This document shows, piece after piece, positions 47,402 to 59,430 of a stretch of DNA of 64,000 nt. Source of the DNA: Entomortierella parvispora E1425. Its lineage: Eukaryota > Fungi > Mortierellomycota. Where the stretch lies: the NCBI GenBank assembly GCA_020891255.1, contig BQFW01000007.1, positions 2,790,001 through 2,854,000 of the forward strand, written 5' to 3'. Position numbers and translations under genes: made by a program. The notes beneath the pieces were generated by a model. The model ran no database searches. It worked only from the letters and a program-made list of their open reading frames with translations, and was not told the origin of the DNA. How positions within the stretch are numbered: the stretch's first letter is position 1; each line of letters begins with the position of its first letter.

Positions 47402-48841
47402 TTACGCCTGGGTAGCGGTAGGCTCATAGGGTGGTGGTGGGATTGAGTTATCAGCTTCGTCTTCTGCACTGGGTGCTGGTGGGGCTACTGCCGAGGGCAT
47501 AGGCGTTGAATGAGGTGCTCTGGGAGCTGGAGGAGCCGAGGGAGGAGCCGAGGGAGGAGCCGAGGAGGACGAACCCGCAGCGTTCGGCGTCAAGGACATG
47601 CCGGACATGGCATACACCAAAAGGGGATCCTGAGCAATATCCTTCTTTTCATCGCCTGATCTAACGAAAACAGCGGGATTCACGGGCTGCTGTTGAGGCA
47701 TGGCGGGAGGTCGATAGAAAGGCTGCTGCATCTGAGGTGGGTATATGGGTTGTTGCGTCAATGGAGCGGGAGCCACAATCATTGTTTGTTGAGGTGGCTG
47801 CTGCTCTTGATAATATTGACTGCTGCCACTGGTTCCAGAAACTGCACGGACGACGCCTCCAACAACACCGCCCACGACACCGCCCACAATCCTGGGGCCA
47901 AGGGTAACCAAACGAACGGGGAGAGGAAGACCACGGTGATACTCGCGACGTACTTCCCGGTCTATCCTGCGCATGTCCCGACGCTCCTGTCGTTGTTGAT
48001 GCTTAAGATCCCGACGACTCATTGGCACAACGACAGAGGTGTTGGTGTTGTACACCAGTGATGGCGCACCGCCGTATTGCTGTTGCTGTTGTTGTTGTTG
48101 TTGTTGTTGGTATTGCTGCTGAGGAGGGTATGCGGCGTAAGGTGTTTGTTGCATGGGAGGAGGCGGCGTGTTGGGAGGAGCATATGTCCGCTGAGGAGTA
48201 GCCATGTACATGCTGGGAGGTGAGCTCGAACTTGAAGCACCCGAGGACACGGTCGAATTGGCCATCAAAGGCGAGCTCTTCAAGGTCCTGACGGCCTCCT
48301 TGGTCTGATGTTGGATCTCCCGTTTGATTCCTTCTGTTTGGTGCTTAACTTCACGCTGGAACTCCTTGGCCTGATGTTTGATCTCCTTTGCAAGGCGACT
48401 GGATTCCTTTTCGGCATTCTTGGCCTGCTTTTCAGCCTGCTTTTCGGCCTGCTTGGCCATCTTCTCGGCGATTTTGGCTTCCTTCTCTGCAGCCTTCTCT
48501 GCGGCCTTGGCTTGGGCCTTGAGGGCCTTTTCGGCGGCCTTGAGGTCGGATTTGGACGAGGAGGAGGAAATTGAAGAAGAGTACGAGGCTGTGGACTCGA
48601 GCGTGGAAGAGAAGGAGGGACCAAAAGCTGAAGGGCGAGTGGGCTCGATGGTTTTGCTGTTGGACTTTGAAGACGAAGAGTAGGAAGAGGCCATTGGAGC
48701 GGGTTCCCAAGCTGGTGGAGGAGGGAGGGGCGAGGAAGGGTTGAAGGGCAATTGTGGGAGAGGATGGTTGTTGGGCGACGAGTCTTCAGAGCTGTCGGCT
48801 GGGTACTTTTGTTTCTTGTCCATGTCTGAGAGCGAGGGCAT
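47402..48841 (-). CDS. Single-exon Pro/Gln/Ser-rich hypothetical protein with a Lys/Glu/Ala coiled coil and a C-terminal PPPPY
   Basis: 499-codon open frame; likely start MPSLSD at 48841. Confidence 0.8.
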   Translation of the reverse strand: MPSLSDMDKKQKYPADSSEDSSPNNHPLPQLPFNPSSPLPPPPAWEPAPMASSYSSSSKSNSKTIEPTRPSAFGPSFSSTLESTASYSSSISSSSSKSDLKAAEKALKAQAKAAEKAAEKEAKIAEKMAKQAEKQAEKQAKNAEKESSRLAKEIKHQAKEFQREVKHQTEGIKREIQHQTKEAVRTLKSSPLMANSTVSSGASSSSSPPSMYMATPQRTYAPPNTPPPPMQQTPYAAYPPQQQYQQQQQQQQQQQYGGAPSLVYNTNTSVVVPMSRRDLKHQQRQERRDMRRIDREVRREYHRGLPLPVRLVTLGPRIVGGVVGGVVGGVVRAVSGTSGSSQYYQEQQPPQQTMIVAPAPLTQQPIYPPQMQQPFYRPPAMPQQQPVNPAVFVRSGDEKKDIAQDPLLVYAMSGMSLTPNAAGSSSSAPPSAPPSAPPAPRAPHSTPMPSAVAPPAPSAEDEADNSIPPPPYEPTATQA

Positions 48842-50506
48842 GCTGTGCTGTGTTTTTGATTCAAAGGGAGGGAAGAGGAGTGGTGCGAGAATGAGAGACA
48901 ATGAAAGAAGAGGAGAGAGAGAAGAGGAGAGAGAAGAGAGAGAAGAGCTGCTTGAAGATGAAGATGAGAGTAGAGAAACAAAAAAAAAGACAGAGGGGGC
49001 TGAGGCTTGTATTTATTGGTCCGAGCATGATCTCCCCGGATGAATTCTTGCCGCCGAATGGGGAAGTACCAAGGCAAACACCTTTCTCTTCATCGCTGTT
49101 TTTCTTGGCAAAAAAGAAACGGCCAAGAAATCGAACTGTTTGATCGTTCTTTCTCTGGGCAAACACCACCCAACTGGTCTGCTGCGATGATGATATTTGC
49201 TGGGCATCCCAACTTTACTTCGGCCACAGAATGTCCTCCTGTCCCATCCTCTCTCTCTCTGTCCACACGCACCCAACAGCCCGCTCTCATATCATCCGTT
49301 CGACCAGGGCTGTTTCATTTTTTCGGGGTCATCTCAATGGCCCAAAAGCGCGCTTTTTGGACTTGGAGGACCTCCTCCTCGCCTCCCCTTCGTGTCGCTG
49401 TCAATCGCAGCGTGGCTGTGATCATTGGCCACGTTCTTTGCTCGTGCTGTGACGGTGCACTGCAAAGTCGACTCTTCAATTGACTCTTGGCTGAAGGGAT
49501 CCAACAAGCTAGCGCGAAACGTTTGGACGCTGTGAGACCTTCCTTCCTCCAATTGCAATGTCTGGCGCATTGATCAATTGACCCTGTTGGAGATCTTTGT
49601 GTCGAGTTTTTTTGAAGCGAGACGATCTCCAATTGAAATATGGCTGCCACCAACTTCAGCCTCCTACTCAACAAAGAAGGATCTACTCTGGTACTCTGAC
49701 CATGCCATATGCCTCCGTCATCGACCAGAGGTCCAGAGATAGCTAAAAACAAAGTGAACTGATAACTTTTTTTATTTGCAATGGAATGGGGGTTTGTATT
49801 TTTTACGGTGTAGATGATGTGCTACCGACTTAATCCTTACGGACAGAGACAGCAGGGACGAGCTTGGGGTTGAAGTTGCGCTCGCACTGGGACAAGGCAT
49901 AGCCGAGACCGAGACCAGTGGAGACAGAGATGGGCCAGGAGCGCTCTATAGGAAACACAGATCGGAAGTGTGAGTACAAGATCTAGTGGTTGTTTCTTTG
50001 CTGTCAAGGCAATGGCTGTGCCTTCCCGAGTCTTCGTTGTTTGCATTTAGAAGGAAGCAGCAATAATATAAATTTTAATCGAGGTCGAGAAAATAATCTC
50101 GATATCACCAGACTCACTCTTGAACAAAAGGGCAGAGGCGACGATGCCGACGCTGAGACCGATGCCAGACTTGACAATCACGTTGGACAGGCACTCATCC
50201 CACTAATAGACGCGTTGTGGTCATTGTTGAAAAGGCAAAGACAGGAGAGGAAAAGGAGGATCAGTTGTCGGATGCGTGGTCTTTGTATCATCCAAGAAAG
50301 ATCGAATCGGTCCAGAAGGGATGGGTGGATGGGGCGGGTACCTTGCGGCTGAGGATCTCCTCGCTGGGGAAGGATTTAGAAGAGGAAGAGACGGGGGCGG
50401 CAGACATGTGATGGGCAGTGGGGGAGTAGAGAAGGGAGGAGAATGAATGAATGAATTGGGATGAATTGAAATTGAATTGAATTGAATCCAGAGGCCCATC
50501 CGTCTC

Positions 50507-50542
<36 letters not shown>

Positions 50543-50744
50543 ACCCGGCTCTCGTCTACTGCAGAGTGAGTAGCGCACTAGCCCCATGCAATCAACTTTG
50601 CATCCAAGCCACCAGCGCTCTCTTGGCTTGGTCCAGATGGTCATCATCCCTTTCCTCTTCTTCCTCTTCATCCATCCCCATCCCTCACTCCGCCTCCCCC
50701 CCTACCTCTCCCCCTCCTCCTCCCCTCTCCTCTATACATTCATA

Positions 50745-51575
50745 ATGCACTTCTCTGCATCCCTGGCCGCCGCTGCCATCCTCCTGGTCTCGTCCGTCAA
50801 GGCCCAGGATGTCCCCATCGAGAACGTTAGCGCGCCTCCCCCTACTGCCGCCCACAATGTCAACATCACCTACGCTAACGACAACAATGTCATTGTTGCG
50901 ACCGAGTATGTTCCCTTCAACAAGTGTGTCGCCTCTGAGGCCGCCTTTGGTAGATACTCGTACCTCAACTTTGCTCCCAACAACGCCACTATCAACTTTT
51001 ACAAGGACTCCTCCTGCAAGGACTTTACCTTTGGTCTGGACGGATACTATGGTGGTTACCCTGGCCAGGCCCGCTCGTACATGTGGGTGGGCTGGAGCAC
51101 GGACTCGCTGGGAGAGTTCTTCCACAATGCCATTCAAGGCCAAGGCGATGCCGCCAACAACGCACCAGGAGATGTGCCCGGAACCAACCCCGGTAGCACT
51201 CCCCCAACCACCCCCAACACGGACAAACAGGAGCAGACTGCAGGAGACAGCACAAAGACGAACGACTCTTCATCTTCGTCATCCTCAACGTTCTTTGGTG
51301 GCGTTGTCGGAAGCTTGGTTGTGCTTTCGGTCGGAGGCGTGATCTTCTGGAAGACGGCGGGCAAGAAGATGGTCGAGGACAAGGGCAAGGGAGTTCTCCC
51401 CTACAACAGAGTCAACGGCCAGCGCGATGGAGACATCCTTTTGACGAGCAGCCGTGGCGGCAACAACTCGTTCGAGATTGGCGATGAGGATGACGAGGAG
51501 GATGACGAGGTCGACCACCCCCGTCAGCAGCGATCCGGACGCCAGGATCGTTACCACGATGACGACCAGGCCTAA
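50745..51575 (+). CDS. Hypothetical type I membrane protein (signal peptide, small ectodomain, Ser/Thr stalk, TM helix, acidic tail)
   Basis: MHFSASLAAAAILLVSSVKA signal-like start; TM FFGGVVGSLVVLSVGGVIFW followed by basic residues; strong codon bias. Confidence 0.85.
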   Translation: MHFSASLAAAAILLVSSVKAQDVPIENVSAPPPTAAHNVNITYANDNNVIVATEYVPFNKCVASEAAFGRYSYLNFAPNNATINFYKDSSCKDFTFGLDGYYGGYPGQARSYMWVGWSTDSLGEFFHNAIQGQGDAANNAPGDVPGTNPGSTPPTTPNTDKQEQTAGDSTKTNDSSSSSSSTFFGGVVGSLVVLSVGGVIFWKTAGKKMVEDKGKGVLPYNRVNGQRDGDILLTSSRGGNNSFEIGDEDDEEDDEVDHPRQQRSGRQDRYHDDDQA

Positions 51576-52633
51576 TGGACATATTTTTTTTGTGTCTCGT
51601 TGTTTCCTGATATTTTCGTCGTTTGGGACACGGTTTTTTTGCTATTTTTAGGCAAGGCGTGTTCAGTCACTGGCGCACCCTCTTTCCGTTTGCGGCTGTG
51701 TGCGCTGGGCGTCGTCTTTTTTTTTTCTTTCTTCTTTTTTCTTTGCTCTCTTTATTCTTTTTTTTTCTTTCTTCTCTGCCGCTCTCTTTGGTTCTTTTTC
51801 TTCTTGCTGGCACGAGGATACGACGCGCACCCTTTCGACAGATACGAAGGGAAAAAAAATCCAAGAAAAGAACAGAAACAGAGGACCTTGCCACTTTACG
51901 GACAATTGGGAATCACATACACATACATCACGAATACAGCCTACAGCCAGGATATCAACTACCCAGAACTACAATGGGAGACATGACCTTTTCTTCATCC
52001 CCCCCTTTTACGAGTAAATAAACAAAAACACTGTTCATTCATCATACATTTCATGCACGCTGCACAAGAATACAAGCGACAAGCATCCAACCTCCACAAA
52101 AGTAAAAAAAAAAAAAATACCAGCCACATTAGCGAGGGTAGAACCGCCTCCGCCATCAGCAACCACATGGTGGGGCATTCACAATATTCTTTTTTTTTTT
52201 TTTTTTTTTTCATATTGCTGGCGCCGACATGGCGACACCGACTGGGCGAGGCGGGGTGGAGAGGGTGGATGCTCTTCTTTATTTCGCCATCTCTCTCCTT
52301 CTTCTTCTCCCTCCTCCTCCTCCTCCTCCTCCTTCTTCTTCCATTCCTCTGCTACTCCCTTCCTTCCTTCCTTCACTCCTTTCATTCATTGCCGGCTGGT
52401 TCACTTTCTCTCTACCTCTTTTTCTCCGCCAAAACCTATTCTTATTCTCACTCTCATTCTCATTCCCTTTGGACCTTCAACGTCGCTACTGTCTGCTTGC
52501 CACTCGACTCTTGGTCCTCTTTCTCGCCCCTCTGCCCCCTGGTCCAAACGGACCTCCTCGGCCACAACGAACCAGTCCTTCTCCCTTGCTCTCCTTCGCC
52601 TTCTGCTTTCTCGGTCCCTTGCCATAATACCAA

Positions 52634-55600
52634 ATGGAGACTCTTGCCTCTGGACCAACGCACGAGGATCACTATCTCGACCAGCAGACGGAAGGCTCTG
52701 TCGAAGAACCCTTGCCTGAACCCTTCATCGTCGTCAGAGCTCTCTATGCCTTCCACTCTGAAGACCCAGCCTCGCTGTCCTTCCAGAAAGGCGAGTTGAT
52801 CCAAGTCCTCACCCAGCTCGAGTCAGGATGGTGGTACGGCTACTGTCCTGGCGCCCGGGGCTGGTTCCCATCCAACTATGTCCAGGTTCTTAATGAGGAC
52901 TCGGAGGACGATCATCATACCGTCGACACTAACGAGGAGGATGATGAAGAAGAGGAAGAACAGGACGAGGATGAACAAGAAGACGAAGACGACAACGAAG
53001 ACGACGACGACCAAGATGACGATGAACTGGCAAGTCTATCTTTGTTTTCTCTTCTTTTTTTTATTTTTTTTTTTATCGTTGTTCGCGTTACGGATCAATG
53101 CAATTCTTGGATCGCATGGATCTAACACTATTGTCACGGCATTCGGCATGGTTTGTGTGTGCTCGTTATTGTTGTTCTTGTCTATTGATGTTCCTTTAGT
53201 CAAACGACGATCTATGGCTGCCTCAAACGACACCCGATGGCCAAGTCTTTTACTTCAATACCCGGACAGGCGAATCCTCATGGACGCTACCCACCCCCTC
53301 AAACCGGTCAACGGCACATGTCGAGGAGACGTCGCTCGATCCAGCCATGAGTTCCACTTCAGACATCAACTCCAGTAAGTTCTTCCCACAGCCCCCGGTT
53401 TTCATGCTCCCCTATTGTCTCTTCGTTTTGAATTCTTGGGTACCTGCTTCCCTTCCTGCGAAGCAATTACTCAATGCAACACCAAAAGGGGGAAGGAGAG
53501 GAGGGACGCGGAGGCATAGTCAATGTTCGAGGATTGATTATTCGAGAAAGAGAGAGATAAATATGCTTTGCTTTGGCCACACCCTTGGGCCCTTGCACCA
53601 CACATGCACCCTCACTCTCCCGCATCCCCTCTTTGCTGGGTCGCCAAGGTGATGGGAGTTTGTGGACGTGGCGGGCAATGCGCGCGCTTTTTTTTTCTTT
53701 TTTTTGCGCATCTTTTTGTTTTGCTGTCTTTTCCTTTTGCTCTTTTTCTTTTTTTTCTTTGCATGGATTGAGACATGGGAAGTGATAGTCGGCCTTGCAT
53801 AGTGTCGTGCGTTTGCGTTGCATGTTGGATTTGGAGACGTTCATCCCTTCTTCACGTTGCTCACTCTTACTCTGACTCTCTCTCCTCGTTGACGTTCTTT
53901 TTTTCTTTTCGATTCTCCTATTGTTTGGCTTGCTTTGCGACCAAGAAATGAGCAGGTGCACAGAGGGCAATGGGCGAGGGGGCGAGTGTGTGCCTGTGAA
54001 TGTTTGTTGTTTGTTGTTTGCACCGGCTCTCTCAAATAGTCATGCTGTGCCAATTCCCAACGGGAAAGGAAGGCACGCAGACAGAGCATCCCGCCAATGC
54101 CCTGTCATGGATCTCTCCTCCTCTGTATCTCTCTTGTCTCGTTCGCTTTTTTTTTGTTTTTGTTGCCACGCTTGTTTGGACCGTTTCACTTGCAATTGTT
54201 TTATTCTCAGCCATGCACATGCGAGGTCGTACATGAAAAAGAAGGTCTTGTTTTGAAAGACTACAAACGGCAAGCAAGAGGCTCTCAAACACACCTTCAT
54301 TCTTCCACCAAACAAAGAGCGCATGGATTTAGACACAGACGGAAGGCAAAGAGTGGCTCTGAGGGTGGGGAGTCGACTCGGATGGGATAGAAGAGGGGAT
54401 TGCGGTATGCGCGCGCCCTGCTCACCCTGTTTCGCGGGCTTGTAGAAGCAGGTGGGGACATGGGCAAGACTTGTCCGAAAGGGAGAGTGTGAACGTGGGA
54501 GGGCTATCAGCATGAAACACGGTGCCACAGATGGGGCACAATCGGAACGAGGTGGCTTTTTTTACGCTCGAGATGACGACCCAACTGACCATCCATTCGT
54601 CCTTTTTGTTGTTTGTTTCAACCACAGATGCTGATGGCAACCCTAGCCAAAATGACACCACTCCAGCAGGAACAGCCAGGGCCGCAGGCGCAATCGCTGA
54701 TACAGACAGTCAAGGAACATCTACGCGACCAAGCTCCTGGCAGACATCTGCCCTTCCGGTAAGTTTGACAATCTTAGTTTATCATTTTTATTTTTCATTT
54801 TTCATTTTTTCATTGCCAACCCATCAGGAGGGACAACGACTGGACAGTTGAGGAGCATCATAGGGCGAGCAGACAGAGTGCTCAACAGGGTACACCGTCA
54901 ATTTCCATGAACCATTCGGGACCCGCACCAAGGAAGGACGGCGATCGCTCCTGCGCTTATTCTTGAGTGCTCTCAAAAGAAGGAAGAAAAAAATCATGAA
55001 CATTTTCGACAATACTTGTTCTTCCCGACGCCGAAAATCAAGGGAGCCCTGTGGTCTTTAGGAAAAACAGGAGGGCTAGATAGCCAGATCGTTTGCCAAG
55101 ACTGGGATATCCATATGTTTCTGAACTCCTCTAGTTCTCCCAGGATGCTTTCCGCGGAATCAGCCCATGGGTGTCCCTGTGTTGTGGACCAGAATTGCAA
55201 AAACAAAACAATATGCAAAACCAGATATTAACGGGAATCTTACCATCCATTCATTCTTCTAGTCTCAATACCCAGAGGGCGATGAAACCAATCTTCCGCC
55301 TCTCCCTCCTCTTTCCAACCCTTTTGACCCGGAGCCAACATGGGAGTCATTAGCGGATCATTCGACAGGCGCTTTGCAAAACTTGCTGCACTCTGCAGAG
55401 AAGGGATACAAAGCCTATTACCAGATCCAGGCAACACAAGTGGTCGAGGCCGTACGGGTCATGCTCTATGCATCCGGGACAGTGGACAAGGACTCGGCAC
55501 CTGTTCGTATGCACCGCGGACTCAAGTTGCATCATCGTCAGATTATGGCCGCCCTCTCAAAACTGGTGCTTTCCGCAAAGATGGCCTCGGGCGTCTGGCC

Positions 55601-58137
55601 AGCGGATGGAGCCGTGACAAAGATGCTGGCAGATGCCAATGATGTGGCCCAGGCTGTACACCAGTTCATCTTTACTGCACAGGGAGCAGGCGTAGCAGTG
55701 CACGATGTCGACGCAAAGCTGATTCTGGGAACCTCCAGCAAAGCTTCCTCAACACGCAAACCAAGTCTGGCCTTTTCATCCACCTCCATGACATCGAGTC
55801 AAGCCAGCGAGGAGAACATCCATACTATCCTCAACCAACTCGACTACTACTACCAAAGTTCAACCAAGGCCCTCGGTTTACTGTCGTCACAGCTCGAGAA
55901 GGCGATCGAAGGATCCCTCGTGTCAGTACCTCCACCAGTCTCATCTCGGCTATCCCTTGGCCCGTCTATTTTGAGCGCCTCCCAGTCTTCCCAACTGGTA
56001 GCCCAGTGTCAACAAACAATTACTCAAATGGGATCATTATTGAACTTGGTTGCGGACTTCTACAACCAAACCCTGCGTGAGTTCCCGACTATTCAAGACC
56101 AAGTTTATATCGAGGTCCGTGGCTCAAAACAGACTCTCTACAACAATGTGGCGGCACTGGTCATGGCGATTCAATTGACAACAGACCCCATGGTCCAGAC
56201 CTCGGTCTTGCAAATGGCACTGGAGGCAACGACAACCGCCGAGAAATCGGCCACCACCCTCGTCGGCTATACACAAACGCTGGCGACAGAAAGAGAAAAG
56301 GCTGAAAAGATGGGCAAACCCCGCGGTCACGAATCAACGGCGACACTGGTGGGCCATCCTGTTCCCTTTACGCCCATGCAAAGACAAACAGAGATTGACA
56401 GCTACTTCCAGGACCAACATGGGTCGGATCTGGAAGCAGGTGCCAACAGGAACGCTAGAAATAGATCAAACTCTCAGACATCTGCAGTGTCTTCGGTCTC
56501 CAACTTGTCAGTGCCCACGACGCCTGGAACAGAGTTTGCAGGACGCCAACAACCACAGCACTACTTCTCGCACGCGGGAGAACCTCTTCATTCTCCTTCG
56601 ACCGCATCGACTATGACGGCTACCTCTTTCCATAACCCGTCTTCCCCTCAACCCTCATCGCCTATTATGGGTAATGAGAACCATATTGCCGATTTCCGGG
56701 GTGAGAAGCTAAAAAAGATGCTGGGAGATGAGGCGCCTACGCTCAAGGGAAAGAACGCAGACCAGCCTTGGTTCTTGGGTCATGACTACTCACTGGCAGA
56801 TATCTCATTCAACATGGATGGCCTTGTCCGAGGAGGCACCTTACCAGCCCTGGTAGAGCGTCTGACTTTGCACGACGGTCTCGATGCCACCTTTGTCTCG
56901 ACGTTTCTCCTTACCTACCGCTCATTTGCAACCACCAGCGAATTCTTTGCAATTTTGTTCCGTCGGTTCACCATCACACCACCCCCAGGACTGGAGCCCG
57001 ATGAACTTCAGTTGTGGACGGAGCGAAAGCAGACACCGATCCGCCTTCGAGTGTTCAACATTATCAAGTCTTGGCTTGAGAACTACTACCAGGATGACGA
57101 CCCGGAGGATCGGGACATGTTGCAGAGGATCAAGGCCTTTTCAGAATCGCATGTCTTGCGTGAGACTATGGGCTTTGCGGCTGTGCAGCTTATCAAGTTG
57201 GTGGAGAAGCGAGAGACCTCGGATGGCTCGATACGTAAGATGGTGCTGAACCTGACCTCTCAGGTGCCCACACCTATTTTGCCTCGAAACCTCAAACGTA
57301 TCCGGTTTATGGATCTGGATCCTCAGGAGTTGGCACGGCAGTTGACGGTTATGGAAGCGACCTTGTACAACAGAATCAAGCCCACGGAACTGCTGGGCAC
57401 CGGCTGGATTGGTCAGGATCAACACAAGTCGGCCAATGTTCGAGCAACCATTATGGCCAACAACAGACAAGCGGCATGGTTCACAGAGTTGATTGTGTCG
57501 GAATCGGATGTGAAGAAGCGAGTGGCTGTCATCAAGCAGCTACTGTTACTTGCCGATGTAAGTTATGAGGAAAGGGTGGATGGCGTTGATCCTTTTATTA
57601 TTATTTTTCTGTTGTTACTTTGTCCATCTCTTCTCACGCTTCTATGCCTCTCCTGTAATTCATTAGCGATTGCGCCAACTCAACAACTTTAGTTCTTTGG
57701 CCGCCATCAATGCAGTCTTTGCTGGATCAGCGGTCCATCGTCTGCATAGAACGATGGAGGCATTGCCATCGAAGGTGCGAGTTGCCAAGGAAAATCTTGA
57801 AGAGTTCTGGAGCCCAACCAAGAGCTGGGCCAACTATCGATCTGAGCTTCACACAGCCAACCCACCCATGATCCCCTTCATGGGTCTGTATTTGACAGAC
57901 TTGACCATGATCAACGATGGCAACAAGGACACATTCACCAAGGGAGAAGTCACGCACATCAACTTTTTCAAGCGCGTTACTGCCGCAGAGACGATCCGTG
58001 AAGTGCAGCAATACCAGCACATTCCATATGGTCTGACGCCTGTACCGGAGATTCAGACGTACATTCGCAAGACTATGGAAAAGTCAAAGTCGCTGACGGA
58101 ACTTTACGACATGGGTCTAGCCATTGAGCCAAGGTAA
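52634..58137 (+). CDS. CDC25: Cdc25-family Ras guanine nucleotide exchange factor (SH3, WW, REM, RasGEF), multi-exon
   Basis: SH3 VRALYAF...LSFQKGELIQVL...SGWWYG...GWFPSNYV; WW WLPQTTPDGQVFYFNTRTGESSW; REM VRGGTLPALVERLT..FLLTYRSF; catalytic LDPQELARQLT, LNNFSSL and PMIPFMGLYLTDLT. Confidence 0.95.
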
Positions 58138-58306
58138 AGCAAGGTTACATTGTTTCGAGGATTGGAGGCATACACTTGAACGATAAGAGGGGATGGTCGA
58201 TTGGTCTTGTTGTATGGGTGGTGATATCTTTACTTTTGTTTCTTTCTTCTGCTTTCTTTGGAGTATGGGTGTCCTTTGAGGTGAACAAGGTGGACAGGTT
58301 TATTTT

Positions 58307-58337
<31 letters not shown>

Positions 58338-59430
58338 CACTTTGACGATTCTAACGCATGATGATGCTGTTTCCCTTGTTTTCACCCATCCTCTTCCATT
58401 CACCTTTCTATGTTCCCTGCTCCTTGTTTGCTTGCGTGGCGGTGGCATTCCCGGTTCGCGCGGTTTCGCTTACCAGAGAGACAGAGGATGAAAAGATGAC
58501 ACGCCTGCTGGCCAAGTCTGGATTCTTGTGAATTGGATGAAGAGACGGGAAACGAACAAGCAAACATCACTGACCTAAAACTCGAAACCCCCATTTGCTC
58601 TCTCGGACCGCTTTGGAAACCCGACAGAAACAGGACAACTGTATTTTTCCCTTCGCAAGCGGAGCCCAACATTCAAGGATCTGGAGACCTCGGCTCGTAG
58701 GTTATCATAGAGCCTCTCTCACGGCGCGTGTTCATCGACAAAACCCCCTCCCAAAAAAAAAAAAAAAAATCATACCTCCTCGCCATTAGATTTTATACCT
58801 TCACCGCCGCCACCAACACCATCATAGACAAGGCCAGCTCTTGTCTTTCTAATACCCACACAGCTTTCAACGTCCTACCTCATCCTTCCGTTGCCTTCCA
58901 TTTCGAGCTATCTCATCATCAGAAGAACCTACTCATAATAATAATCTCGCATGCATTTGCCAAAAAAAAAAAAAAAAGGATATTCAACTGTATTCCGCTG
59001 CTTTTGGGACTATTTCGCCTTAGCACATTCCAAGAAATGATGGCCTTGCTGATGCCCCTTTCGACGTCAGTTTGGACGGACCAGAAGCCTATGGTGGCGC
59101 AATTATGGGATGGTTTGCATTCCGGAGGGGTTGTAGGAAGAAAAAGGAGAGGATGTCACCGTCGTTCTGTCTTCAACAGCGTACGATCATCTCCATCATA
59201 TTCTGTCTCTGTTGTTCTCTGCCTCTTTACATTTCGTCCTCTCTCCCTTCAGATTTCACTCTCGCTTGTCCGTCTCTGCCGCCTCTTGTCTCTTGTCTCT
59301 GACACTTTGCCAGTTCTCCGCTCGTCTCGTTGCTATACTGAGCAACCCTGAAAGCACTAAAGTCAGAGCTCGCTCATCGATTCGTAAACAACGTTCAAAA
59401 CAATCCTCCAAACGACCAAGAAACCAAACC

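Noticed and set aside
49231-49752. Possible decayed gene with an F-box-like FLDLEDLLLASPSCR segment
   Set aside because: The resemblance is weak, stops occur in all frames, and no coherent exon chain could be built.
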